A DNA stretch of 64,000 bases from the IMG/VR virus record IMGVR_UViG_3300028887_000105; one strand, written 5' to 3'. The position numbers and the translations under genes are program-made. The DNA comes from a virus (lineage: Duplodnaviria; Heunggongvirae; Uroviricota; Caudoviricetes). The notes beneath the pieces were generated by a model, which was given only the letters and a program-made list of their open reading frames with translations, had not been told where the DNA came from and ran no database searches. Positions 9,114 through 18,451 of the stretch are shown here, one piece after another; position 1 is the first letter of the stretch, and every line of letters starts with the position of its first letter.

Positions 9114-9497
9114 ATGGTGACGAGTATTGAACAAAGTAAAAAATTGATCGAGTTAGGTGTAGACCGCAAAACTTCAGATATGTGTTATCCGAAAGATGCA
9201 TTTTCACCGCATTATGAGGAACCAAGATGTGTTCGTTCACTTGCTGGCTTAGCCCTTTCAGCCTGGTCCCTGGATGCACTATTGAAACTAATGCCTAAAT
9301 CAATAGATGATGGCCAAGTATATACTTTTTCATTGTTACCAACTTGGGATAAAACTTGGTGTGCGGTATATGGAACGGATGATTACGATGTAGCACACAG
9401 TGTGGAAGAAAAGGAGCCGCTTAATGCGGTTTATAAAATGTTACTTTGGGTAATTAAAAATGGATATTTAAAAGAAGAAGAAAATGACAAGAACTGA
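9114..9497 (+). CDS. paralog family B protein (IEQSKxLxxxGxD ... AWSxxxLxxLMP)
   Basis: 127 aa; similar to ORF 59359. Confidence 0.55.
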   Translation: MVTSIEQSKKLIELGVDRKTSDMCYPKDAFSPHYEEPRCVRSLAGLALSAWSLDALLKLMPKSIDDGQVYTFSLLPTWDKTWCAVYGTDDYDVAHSVEEKEPLNAVYKMLLWVIKNGYLKEEENDKN

Positions 9498-9717
9498 ATA
9501 TTGGACCGCTATTGCAGCCCTGGGTGTTAAACCAGTTTATCATTTGACTGCCGATGTTTGGGAGTTTAAATATATGGATATGAACGGTGTATTTGTTAGC
9601 GCATTTGGTTCAACCATTGATGTTGCTGCTGAAAATTTTGGCGCTGCACTTCAAAACAAAGTTGAAGTATTAAGAAATAAAATTACAAAAAATGGAAAGT
9701 TTGAAAAAACGAGTTGA
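9484..9717 (+). CDS. hypothetical protein
   Basis: 77-aa ORF. Confidence 0.45.
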   Translation: MTRTEYWTAIAALGVKPVYHLTADVWEFKYMDMNGVFVSAFGSTIDVAAENFGAALQNKVEVLRNKITKNGKFEKTS

Positions 9718-9883
9718 CGAAGTTTATAAAGAATGGCTAGACTATAAAGTAAGATCCAAACAACGTGATATTCTTTATAAAGACAGTCTTGTTAAAAAAG
9801 CGTATAATGATTTATACATCAATTGGAATGAAAGACATGCCGATTTCTTTATTTATGCTGTTGAAAAATTTATAAAACAATAA
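9692..9883 (+). CDS. hypothetical protein
   Basis: 63-aa ORF. Confidence 0.45.
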   Translation: MESLKKRVDEVYKEWLDYKVRSKQRDILYKDSLVKKAYNDLYINWNERHADFFIYAVEKFIKQ

Positions 9884-9886
9884 TTT

Positions 9887-10618
9887 ATGGGAAGAGAATT
9901 AAGACGAGTGCCAATGGATTTTGATTGGCCGCAAGGACACATTTGGAAGGGTTATATCAATCCTTATCACGGAGTAAAATGCCCGTATTGTGAGCACGAT
10001 GGTTGCAGTAACGGTGAAACTGTAGAGGCCCGCAAGTACGTAGATACTTTCTATGGTTTTGCAATGGGATATCGATACATTCCACATCCTTACATTCCAG
10101 GGCGTGATTACTGTCCGTATGCTAAACCGTATAAGTGGGACCGTTGGGAATATGATTTCATTGTATCTAACCCAGAATTGTCAAAAAGTTTATTTGGTGA
10201 TCAAGAGGTACCAGCGTTTGAGGATTTGAGAGAGTATTTCTTGACCCATGAATACCCAGTTGGGGTACCTTGTGAGATTCAATGGGCACTTACAAAGGAA
10301 TACTGCAGACGTAACGGTTATGATTATCAATGTCCGCATTGTGATGATGGTGTCGTATACATCAACGACGAGATAAAGAAACTACACGATGAGTGGGAGC
10401 CAGTGGATCCACCTGCAGGTGACGGTTATCAGTTGTGGGAAACCACATCTGAAGGTAGCCCTAAGAGTCCAGTATTTGCTACCCTGGATGAACTTTGTGA
10501 GTGGTGTGAAACAAACGCAACCACGTTTGCTCATTTCAGAGCAACAAAGGAACAGTGGAAGAAAATGCTCGAAGATGACTTTGTTTACCACGAAGAAGGT
10601 AACGCAATATTTATTTGA
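9887..10618 (+). CDS. Cys/His-rich hypothetical protein (putative Zn-binding), locally elevated GC
   Basis: 243 aa; CPYCEHDGC and CPHCDDG motifs; visibly higher GC than flanks. Confidence 0.6.
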   Translation: MGRELRRVPMDFDWPQGHIWKGYINPYHGVKCPYCEHDGCSNGETVEARKYVDTFYGFAMGYRYIPHPYIPGRDYCPYAKPYKWDRWEYDFIVSNPELSKSLFGDQEVPAFEDLREYFLTHEYPVGVPCEIQWALTKEYCRRNGYDYQCPHCDDGVVYINDEIKKLHDEWEPVDPPAGDGYQLWETTSEGSPKSPVFATLDELCEWCETNATTFAHFRATKEQWKKMLEDDFVYHEEGNAIFI

Positions 10619-10803
10619 TCATTATGAAAAAAACAGAATGGATTGAAGAACATAATGAAGAAATGAGACAATACGATAAGTCAATGCTGTCACATGATGA
10701 TGGCACTGACTTACTCGCGGACTATGAAAGTAATCAATTCAAACATTGGGTTGAAGATAATAACGAAGATTGGTATGAACCAATGGGACATTTTAAAGAT
10801 TAA
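10615..10803 (+). CDS. hypothetical acidic protein
   Basis: 62-aa ORF, ATGA overlap. Confidence 0.45.
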   Translation: MIIMKKTEWIEEHNEEMRQYDKSMLSHDDGTDLLADYESNQFKHWVEDNNEDWYEPMGHFKD

Positions 10804-10808
10804 GAAGT

Positions 10809-11192
10809 ATGAAAAAAATAATGAAAAAACCTAACGACTTGAGTCGTTTAACTGTTAGTTATTTTACTGGCCAAGATGTAAAAAACAAATTTTATAGTCG
10901 GCAAATCGGATATGGTTCTTTTACGGTAGATAATATTCCACGGGAACTCAAAGACAAGAAGTGGGTTCCTGAGGATAATAAAAAATATGAATGTCATTGG
11001 TATTATACTAATCCAGCAGACCCTGCAGACCCAGGGGAAGATGTTTTGATATACATCGAAGAAATAGAAGAAGACGTAGCCGATAAAATGCGAACTGACT
11101 ATATATCGAAAATAGATAAAATAGTAAACAAATTATCATTAGATGATTTAAACGACTTATTAAAAGTTTTAAAAAGAAGATATTATATATGA
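10809..11192 (+). CDS. hypothetical protein
   Basis: 127-aa ORF. Confidence 0.5.
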   Translation: MKKIMKKPNDLSRLTVSYFTGQDVKNKFYSRQIGYGSFTVDNIPRELKDKKWVPEDNKKYECHWYYTNPADPADPGEDVLIYIEEIEEDVADKMRTDYISKIDKIVNKLSLDDLNDLLKVLKRRYYI

Positions 11193-11695
11193 GAATAGCA
11201 TTAGTAGCACACGATAGTAGAAAAAAGGAACTCGTTGAATGGGTTACCTATAATATGGAAGAGTTGAAGAAACACGAACTCTTCGCAACAGGTACAACTG
11301 GTAGATTACTCAAAGAAATTGAAGGTAAAATTAGATGGGAACCAACAGGAGGAAATGGTGATGGTTCAATATGGAGTAGATATTGCGAATATCCACTAGA
11401 GGATAAAGTTACCTGTTTGAAATCTGGACCGCTTGGTGGCGATCAGGAAATTGGTGCAATGATTGCAGAAGGAAAACTAGATGTACTTATTTTCTTCTGT
11501 GATAACCTTATTCAACAAGGGCACCAAAATGATGTATCTGCATTAACAAGACTTGCGTCGCTTTATAATATTGCATTTGCAACAAACAGAACCACTGCCG
11601 ATATGATCCTTACTTCATCATTATTCAACAATGAAAAATACAAGAAGGTTATGCCTAATTGTATCCAGGAATACATTTCACGAAGTGTTTTCTAA
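11189..11695 (+). CDS. mgsA: methylglyoxal synthase (MGS family) with ~25-aa loop insertion
   Basis: IALVAHD...ATGTTG...SGPLGGDQEIGA...GKLDVLIFF...GHQNDV..LTRLA...ATN..TAD aligns with bacterial MgsA incl. catalytic His/Asp positions. Confidence 0.85.
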   Translation: MRIALVAHDSRKKELVEWVTYNMEELKKHELFATGTTGRLLKEIEGKIRWEPTGGNGDGSIWSRYCEYPLEDKVTCLKSGPLGGDQEIGAMIAEGKLDVLIFFCDNLIQQGHQNDVSALTRLASLYNIAFATNRTTADMILTSSLFNNEKYKKVMPNCIQEYISRSVF

Positions 11696-11716
11696 TTTTT
11701 TTTATATATTTGTAAT
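11696..11716 (+). promoter_or_regulatory. TATATTTG (-7-like TAnnTTTG) box immediately before ATG
   Basis: TTTTATATATTTGTAATATG; same 15-mer precedes ATG 29401. Confidence 0.35.
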
Positions 11717-11876
11717 ATGAATAATTTTAGATATACAGTAAAACTATGTAGCACAACAAATAAACCCGATTCAAACGGTAGGGTTTATCCGAAATCGGTA
11801 ATAGAAGAAGCGATCGAAAAATACAACGAAGAATTAAAAAACAATAAAAAAGAAAAAATATACGGAATTTTTTAAG
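11717..11876 (+). CDS. small hypothetical protein
   Basis: 52-aa ORF. Confidence 0.3.
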
Positions 11877-11877
11877 T

Positions 11878-12060
11878 ATGATAACGTGTCAATTTAAAAA
11901 GGATGCAACAATTGATGAAGCAGTCAATTTCTTGCACGAGCAAGCGAAAATTCAAAACGACATTTGCCGTGGACTATACGGCAATGTAATGTTCTATTCT
12001 ACCGACGATTTCACAACTGCATGTGAAAGATTTTACGGGCATTATGGTGTAAATCAATGA
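11878..12060 (+). CDS. hypothetical protein
   Basis: 60-aa ORF. Confidence 0.4.
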   Translation: MITCQFKKDATIDEAVNFLHEQAKIQNDICRGLYGNVMFYSTDDFTTACERFYGHYGVNQ

Positions 12061-12210
12061 CAGGAAAGAAGTATGAGGTATATGATAAAAGCGGTGGGTT
12101 ACTGGCTTATGGCTGGCACTATGCACCTATTTCGTACAAAGCCCTGGAGAAGGAACTCAAGAGTAAAAACCCAGAGTCGGGTAAAATAATAATTGCAAAA
12201 ATTTAAAGTT

Positions 12211-13272
12211 ATGGCAGTAAAAAGCGATATATTAACAAACGACAACAAACACCTTTCCATTATGGAAAATGGTGACGGTATTGAAGTCGATAAATCTCTG
12301 TTGAAATACTCATCGATCAAAAAAGAAATTGATGAGTTTAGAAAAGAACATTCTGGTGGTAATGCGTCTGAGTTCACTATTAACAATTCATTCGTAACGC
12401 CAGACGGAGTTAGTGACGCTTTCAAGGAGAAAGAGGAAATTAAGAATCTGGCTAAGAACTATGAGATTATCAAAGACAGTGATGTACACGGTGTAAACCT
12501 GTTTGTTAGCAAACACATTGCTAATAATTTATTCTCATCTTTCAATGAGTTTGTTGTAACTAACAACGTTACCTGGAACGGTATTGGTAACGTTAACAAC
12601 GCTCGTAATGTTGCGGACCAGAATGAGAAACCTGGTTTCTTCAAACGCCTTGCTGACCTGTTTAACTTTAAGTCAAAGGAAGCCGAGGAAATTTATACCT
12701 TGGACGTACTTGATTTCTTCTCCAATGTAAAGGGTCTCACCAAGGAGAATAAGGACCTGTATGTTAACCGTCTTACTGGTTACATTGTTGCTCTGAAGAA
12801 CTGTGACGTTTCTGGCCAGGTAGCATTGAAGGAGAAACTTCTTCGTGATATGGTTGTTAACAAGTACGAGTCAGTTCTTTATGCTAACGGTATTTATTAT
12901 GTAGTTACAGAAGATCAAATTGTTAACTTCGTAAAGAAAACCCAGAAAGGTGTTCGTCTTACTTATGTTAAGAATTATCTTCGTGTAATTCCGCCTGAGG
13001 TGGTAGAGAAGATGAACAAGGCTAACGAACTTGAAATCTTTGATAATTACGCAATTCTGCATTATGATCCAGAAGCAAAGAGTTACGCTGAGACTATCAA
13101 AGAAACACAAAAACGTAGGGATCCTATTCTATTTGGCTTGATTCGTGGGTCAAATAAACTATATTATATTACAGACTGGATTGACGAATACTGCGACTTG
13201 ACGTTGGATAAATTCGTTGAGACTCTGCAGATTGACAAAGAAAATTTGAAGATTGAAAACATTAAAATGTAA
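12211..13272 (+). CDS. hypothetical protein
   Basis: track ORF starts at TTG 12193; first ATG 12211; 353 aa. Confidence 0.6.
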   Translation: MAVKSDILTNDNKHLSIMENGDGIEVDKSLLKYSSIKKEIDEFRKEHSGGNASEFTINNSFVTPDGVSDAFKEKEEIKNLAKNYEIIKDSDVHGVNLFVSKHIANNLFSSFNEFVVTNNVTWNGIGNVNNARNVADQNEKPGFFKRLADLFNFKSKEAEEIYTLDVLDFFSNVKGLTKENKDLYVNRLTGYIVALKNCDVSGQVALKEKLLRDMVVNKYESVLYANGIYYVVTEDQIVNFVKKTQKGVRLTYVKNYLRVIPPEVVEKMNKANELEIFDNYAILHYDPEAKSYAETIKETQKRRDPILFGLIRGSNKLYYITDWIDEYCDLTLDKFVETLQIDKENLKIENIKM

Positions 13273-13277
13273 TTATT

Positions 13278-13460
13278 ATGGAAAAATTAGTGAATTTAAT
13301 TCTTGCGATTGGCATCGCACTGTTCATTTTCATTTTGATTGGTGTAGTAATAGCCATTTTCTACTTCAGTAGAACATCAACAATGCTTGCACTCGGTCTT
13401 ATGGGCGTGCTATTGTTTTGTTTCGTGGTATATCTTATTTACCAATCGCTAAAACGTTAA
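13278..13460 (+). CDS. small membrane protein
   Basis: 60 aa, two hydrophobic helices. Confidence 0.5.
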   Translation: MEKLVNLILAIGIALFIFILIGVVIAIFYFSRTSTMLALGLMGVLLFCFVVYLIYQSLKR

Positions 13461-13461
13461 A

Positions 13462-13683
13462 ATGGGAAAGAAAGAAGATTTCAAAGTTGGCGATATTGTT
13501 TGTTGGCAAGAGACACCAACATATATGGGTATTGGTAGAATAGATGGTTTATGTAAAACACAAGCCAGGATTGTACCTAAGAATATATATTTATATGAAC
13601 CAGGCCAAGTGGTAATTTGGCGATCATATAAGAAACTTAAAATAATGAATGAAAATGATGTAAAACGTGAAGAAAGAAGTTAG
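13462..13683 (+). CDS. small KVG-motif beta-domain protein
   Basis: 73 aa; FKVGDIVCW. Confidence 0.5.
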   Translation: MGKKEDFKVGDIVCWQETPTYMGIGRIDGLCKTQARIVPKNIYLYEPGQVVIWRSYKKLKIMNENDVKREERS

Positions 13684-14251
13684 AGACATAATTAAAAAGT
13701 TGTTGGCTGGTAAGCAGCATGTAAAAATTAGTGACGTACAAATATTAATGAAATGCTTGCTTGGTAATACTGGCCAATACGGTATTGCTGCGTCTGATAT
13801 CATCGAACGCGCATTCAATGACGGTATTATAACCGAAGATGATGTAATTACTTTGATTGAGGAAATGATTGACGATAACAACAATGACAGGATTACTTTT
13901 CCAACAATTCCAGTGGATCCAATTCAAACACCTGTGAATCCATGGCGTGATAATATCACTGTAATGTATGGTGTGTCAATAGAGCCTTATACTTATGATA
14001 ATAACAGCGTAACTGGTGTTCTTAACAGTGAGGATTCCAGTGCAATAACTGAGGCATACAACCAAGCGGATGTACAGACAGCACAATCACTTAGTGGTGC
14101 CCTGGATGATGAAGCAAGGCGTAAGGTAAAGTATGGTATTCCAAATTTCAATAAACAAGATAAGGAATACACACCGTACACACCGTTTTATGGGGAGAAG
14201 CCTAAGAAAAATAAAGTGAAAAAACCAAAATTAGGAAAAGGCGATGTATGA
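13667..14251 (+). CDS. hypothetical protein
   Basis: frame opens with GTG at 13667 (first in-frame ATG 13748); 194 aa. Confidence 0.5.
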   Translation: MKKEVRDIIKKLLAGKQHVKISDVQILMKCLLGNTGQYGIAASDIIERAFNDGIITEDDVITLIEEMIDDNNNDRITFPTIPVDPIQTPVNPWRDNITVMYGVSIEPYTYDNNSVTGVLNSEDSSAITEAYNQADVQTAQSLSGALDDEARRKVKYGIPNFNKQDKEYTPYTPFYGEKPKKNKVKKPKLGKGDV

Positions 14252-14436
14252 TTTTAAATATCTTGGTATAATCGATGGGGTTCCTACTGTAAGTTGTATG
14301 TTTTTGAAGCCTATTGATGAGATTGTTATATATATGACAATTACTTCCTCAACAAATGGATAAACCAAAGAGTGTAGAGGATTAAGATTGCAATAACGAA
14401 ACGTACATCGTAATCGTCAGCGGTATTATTTATTAC

Positions 14437-14457
14437 TTCTAGAAACATATTCTAGAA
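14437..14457. promoter_or_regulatory. operator-like pair of palindromic TTCTAGAA octamers
   Basis: TTCTAGAA-ACATA-TTCTAGAA in 308-bp non-coding gap. Confidence 0.35.
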
Positions 14458-14473
14458 TAAATACTGTTTTAAA

Positions 14474-14505
14474 ATGGAAAGTGAGAAAACACCTTCCATT
14501 TTTTG
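14474..14505 (+). terminator. rho-independent terminator
   Basis: ATGGAAAGTG-AGAAAA-CACCTTCCAT hairpin followed by TTTTT, then TTTGTA motif. Confidence 0.6.
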
Positions 14506-14565
14506 TATTTATATATGAGATATTTTTTGTATCTTTATAATAATGAAAATAAAAACTAATTGAAT

Positions 14566-15213
14566 ATGAAACAAATTATAGACAACTTTGACTTAGTTCT
14601 TGAGAAGTTCTTTGATGAACCTTTAACAGAAGATGAATTTTATTTTATTGACATAATACAACGAATAAAAGACGGTAATTTCAAAGGTAAAAAAACATTA
14701 CATAAACTTATTGCTTATTACCCAATTACAAGTAAACAGCAATTTATTGATTTGAAAGACGAATTGATTAGATTGAGTAGAGAAAATAATGCACGAGTAT
14801 ATTTTGATGTAAATAAACGAAGTTTTGCGCAAGTAAATAATTTTGTAACTTATATTGAAAATAAACATAAAAATAACGGGCATGTTCACAAATCAGCAAA
14901 AACTTTCCATTTGAAATTATCAGAACATGACGAATTATTTTATCATGCTTGTGATTTTTTTGTTCCAGATACAGCAACAAAGTATCTTTTAGATCTCGAC
15001 AATATTAAAATTGGTGACGAAAAATATAACGAAATACTTTCATTTATAGGTGAAGATAATGTATTTCTTGCACTTCCAAGTAAAACTGGAACACATCTTG
15101 TGACTAAAAATGTTATAGATGAACACGAATTCAGAGAAAGATTTAAATTTGACATTAGTAAAACATGGCCGATTACCCTTTATTTTGAATGGGATGACGG
15201 TTTAAACGAATAA
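14566..15213 (+). CDS. tandem paralog 1 (DNFDL...EDEFYF...NNAR.Y...KRSF family)
   Basis: track start TTG 14560, ATG 14566; homologous to adjacent ORF 15225. Confidence 0.6.
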   Translation: MKQIIDNFDLVLEKFFDEPLTEDEFYFIDIIQRIKDGNFKGKKTLHKLIAYYPITSKQQFIDLKDELIRLSRENNARVYFDVNKRSFAQVNNFVTYIENKHKNNGHVHKSAKTFHLKLSEHDELFYHACDFFVPDTATKYLLDLDNIKIGDEKYNEILSFIGEDNVFLALPSKTGTHLVTKNVIDEHEFRERFKFDISKTWPITLYFEWDDGLNE

Positions 15214-15224
15214 TAATAAACAAA

Positions 15225-15869
15225 ATGAAAAAAGTAGTAGACAATTTTGATCTATTTGGTCAAAAACTTTTCGAGAAAGAATTGAATGAGGATGAATTTT
15301 ACTTCCTCCAGGTCCTTGTGCGTGGTAAAGACGGTAACGCTGTAAGCGGTAATAACAAGAACCGCCTGGTACGTTACTATACCATTACTAACAAAGATCA
15401 ATTTTTTAGAATTAAGGATGAGGTTTTGGCATTGTGCCGAGTAAATAACGCACGTGCTTACATTCACCCAACTAAGCGTAGTTTCCAGGAAGTAGCAAAC
15501 ATTGTTTTGCAACTCACTGCTAAGACCTTTGTATCAAAGCAATGGAAGGGTCTTAAAAGCACGTATTCTACCGCTTGTGGACAAAGTTATATCACTGGTG
15601 ATAAGAAGTTCATTGTGGACCTGGATGACATTACAGATAAGGATGAGAAATTCAAGGAGATTGAAGAGTTCATCTTCAAACTTCGTGGACACGGTGGTGA
15701 GAACAGTGACAAGGTATTTATGAAGGTTCCAACAAAGAGTGGTTGGCACCTTATCACTTATCCGTTTGATCTTGGTACGTTCAGTGCTAAGTATCCAGAC
15801 ATTGATGTTCATAAGAACAATCCAACATTACTTTATTACGAATGGGAGGTAGCAGATGAAAGCATTTAA
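15225..15869 (+). CDS. tandem paralog 2 (DNFDL...EDEFYF...NNAR.Y...KRSF family)
   Basis: 214 aa; shared motifs with 14566 ORF. Confidence 0.6.
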   Translation: MKKVVDNFDLFGQKLFEKELNEDEFYFLQVLVRGKDGNAVSGNNKNRLVRYYTITNKDQFFRIKDEVLALCRVNNARAYIHPTKRSFQEVANIVLQLTAKTFVSKQWKGLKSTYSTACGQSYITGDKKFIVDLDDITDKDEKFKEIEEFIFKLRGHGGENSDKVFMKVPTKSGWHLITYPFDLGTFSAKYPDIDVHKNNPTLLYYEWEVADESI

Positions 15870-16269
15870 GGATCTACAAAAGGGCGATAAGATATATACG
15901 TTTGACAAAGACGATATCGGTATCGAAACAGTAGTTGAGGTTGGAAAAAAGGAAATGTACAACCTTGACAATTCTAAAAAGGGTACATTTTGTATCACCA
16001 CGAACAAGACAACATATCCGTTATATTACCACGAGGAAAATGGGAATATTTACGTTGCTTGTAATTTCAGTACCGAGTTTGGATTGTCTATTATGGCTAC
16101 GTCCGTTGATACCATAAAGAATTATATTCTAAAACGTAGACAAGAAGAAATTGATGGGAAGAAAAAAGCAATGGAAAATTTTGAAAGAGGTATTAAGTTG
16201 TTTGAAGAGTTTCTTGATAACTTCTATACCGCCAGAGATAAAAATAAAGCATTGAAAAAAGTAAAATAA
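15856..16269 (+). CDS. hypothetical protein
   Basis: 137-aa ORF. Confidence 0.55.
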   Translation: MKAFKDLQKGDKIYTFDKDDIGIETVVEVGKKEMYNLDNSKKGTFCITTNKTTYPLYYHEENGNIYVACNFSTEFGLSIMATSVDTIKNYILKRRQEEIDGKKKAMENFERGIKLFEEFLDNFYTARDKNKALKKVK

Positions 16270-16270
16270 A

Positions 16271-16450
16271 ATGTCAGATGAATATTCAAGCGAAGTAGAT
16301 TTGTCACAAATTGATCATATTATTTATGAGACAGTAGATAAAGTTTGTGACGAACTAAGTTATTCGAAAGATTTATACTGGGGTGCTGGTTTTAATTCTT
16401 TAATGAACAGAATAAATGAATTACATAAAATGAGTATTAAAGGAAATTAA
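16271..16450 (+). CDS. small hypothetical protein
   Basis: 59-aa ORF. Confidence 0.35.
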   Translation: MSDEYSSEVDLSQIDHIIYETVDKVCDELSYSKDLYWGAGFNSLMNRINELHKMSIKGN

Positions 16451-16451
16451 T

Positions 16452-17354
16452 ATGAAGTGTGAAGGAAAAATATTGATCATATTACAAGGTCCTCCTTGTT
16501 CTGGAAAGTCCACATGGGCAAAGGAATATCAGGAAAAGTATCCTGATACATTGGTTGCCAATCGTGATACTATTCGTTATACGCTTGGCGAAGGTAAGTA
16601 TACAATGGACAGAGAAGATGAGGTCACTGAGATTGAAATGGCCCAGGTAAAGGGTGCAATGGGTGCTGGTAGAACTGTTGTTATTGACGACACTAACCTT
16701 AATCCTAAGTATCTTAAGCCTTGGTTAGACCTTGCTGAAGAAAAAGGCTATGAGGTAAGATATGAGAAATTGTACATACCTTATGGCGAGGCAATGGAAC
16801 GTTCTAAGAAGCGTAAGGAAGAAGGTGGTCTTTACATATCAAAAGATGTAATGCAGCGTTTCTATAAGAAATACTTCAAGGAAGAATTCGAGAAGGAAAT
16901 GACTGATTATCGTGTATTCAATATGAATAAGTATGACGATAAATTACCTAATTGTGTTATATGCGATTTAGACGGTACTATTGCTATGCATACGGGCCGA
17001 ACACCATTCGAGTGGGACAGATTATTCGAAGACCAAATTGATTGGCGTATGAAGGATATTTTGCGTGCCCTGGCTGCTACTGGTGCTGAGATTATATTCT
17101 TGACTGGTAGACAGGAATCTGTAAGAGAGAAGACAGAGGAATGGCTTACAGCCAATTTCGGTTGGAAACATCAGTTGATTATGCGTCCAGACAGAGAGTT
17201 TGGTAAGGGTAATGCTGTTAAGAAGGAACTATACGAAAAGTACGTTAAGGGTAAGTATAATGTAATCTGTGTGTTTGATGACGCAAATTATTGCGTTGAT
17301 ATGTGGCGCAATGAGGGATTGTTAACATTACAGGTTCAAGATTCAGATTATTAA
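16452..17354 (+). CDS. pnk: polynucleotide 5'-kinase / 3'-phosphatase (T4 Pnk-like)
   Basis: N-terminal P-loop GPPCSGKSTWA and DTNLNP; C-terminal HAD phosphatase DLDGT, LTGRQE, FDDA..VDMWR; collinear with T4 Pnk. Confidence 0.9.
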   Translation: MKCEGKILIILQGPPCSGKSTWAKEYQEKYPDTLVANRDTIRYTLGEGKYTMDREDEVTEIEMAQVKGAMGAGRTVVIDDTNLNPKYLKPWLDLAEEKGYEVRYEKLYIPYGEAMERSKKRKEEGGLYISKDVMQRFYKKYFKEEFEKEMTDYRVFNMNKYDDKLPNCVICDLDGTIAMHTGRTPFEWDRLFEDQIDWRMKDILRALAATGAEIIFLTGRQESVREKTEEWLTANFGWKHQLIMRPDREFGKGNAVKKELYEKYVKGKYNVICVFDDANYCVDMWRNEGLLTLQVQDSDY

Positions 17355-17356
17355 TT

Positions 17357-17545
17357 ATGGGTAAGATTATTACATTGTCATTGTTCATCATTGTAACGGT
17401 TATTTTTGTGGTTGATATTGCTTCAATTGTTTATAATTTATATCTCTCCGCAAAATATAAACATAATTACGAAAAACAGTTGTGGCCAGAATTGATATTA
17501 CTGATTTTCTGGTCCATATTATTATCAATTTTAATTGTGTATTAA
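17357..17545 (+). CDS. small membrane protein
   Basis: 62 aa, two TM helices. Confidence 0.45.
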   Translation: MGKIITLSLFIIVTVIFVVDIASIVYNLYLSAKYKHNYEKQLWPELILLIFWSILLSILIVY

Positions 17546-18013
17546 ATGGAAAAAGAAGAATTACTGAAAACAGTGAACGGCAAAAACGTCACGTGTGCCG
17601 TTGTTATGATTGATAAGGAAGGTTCAATCCTGGGATGTCACCCGACCAGCAGATCTGAGGTCTATGACTTCCCTAAGGGTTGTGCTGGATTTGCTGAGAA
17701 GGATGAGGATGCCGCAGTACGGGAACTACAGGAAGAAACCAGTATTCTATTAACGCCTAATGAGTTGGCTCGACTTGTTGATGGTGGTATACACCCACAT
17801 ACTAAAGAGAAACTTATTCACATTTTTATATTGAGGGTGGATGAATTACCAGATCCAGAATCATTGGTGTGTGAGTCATTCTATGAATACAAAGGGAAGA
17901 CATATCCTGAGGTAGATAGATATGCAATTATTACTAGGGATAAGAGAAATCTGTTCTTTGGGTGCCTGCAGGACAAATTTGAAATAATTGACAGTATAGC
18001 AAGTCTGATGTAA
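17546..18013 (+). CDS. Nudix hydrolase
   Basis: Nudix box GCAGFAEKDEDAAVRELQEETS (Gx5Ex7REUxEExGU). Confidence 0.8.
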   Translation: MEKEELLKTVNGKNVTCAVVMIDKEGSILGCHPTSRSEVYDFPKGCAGFAEKDEDAAVRELQEETSILLTPNELARLVDGGIHPHTKEKLIHIFILRVDELPDPESLVCESFYEYKGKTYPEVDRYAIITRDKRNLFFGCLQDKFEIIDSIASLM

Positions 18014-18017
18014 TATT

Positions 18018-18245
18018 ATGAATAAGTATTTATTGTGTTTCATTATAATATATGCAATAGGCTGGATTGCGTTTACGATTGGATTTCTAGTAATATGTAA
18101 TGATGCTAGACCAAAAAATCGTACTTTATGGAATTATGTACCACGTTCAATGTTGTTCTCGCTTATATGGCCATACATTCTTTATGAATATATTGCTCTT
18201 TGGGTAATACCTGAAATTAAAGAAAAAAGAAAGAAAAAAGTATGA
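18018..18245 (+). CDS. small membrane protein
   Basis: 75 aa, two TM helices. Confidence 0.5.
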   Translation: MNKYLLCFIIIYAIGWIAFTIGFLVICNDARPKNRTLWNYVPRSMLFSLIWPYILYEYIALWVIPEIKEKRKKKV

Positions 18246-18448
18246 AAAATGATCCAAAATATAACAAATGGCCATTTTGGAGTTATTGTGAAGACTGTAT
18301 ATATTTAAGAGAAGATTCATTATCTTGTGAAGAATATGGTTATTATAATTCTTGTGGTAATAGTGAATCTGAAAATTATTATGGCAGAGAAGATGATTTA
18401 AGTATACTCTATCCAGGAGAAAAATGTCCAGATAAAGAAATTGAATAA
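18242..18448 (+). CDS. hypothetical Cys-containing protein
   Basis: 68-aa ORF. Confidence 0.45.
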   Translation: MKNDPKYNKWPFWSYCEDCIYLREDSLSCEEYGYYNSCGNSESENYYGREDDLSILYPGEKCPDKEIE

Positions 18449-18451
18449 AGT

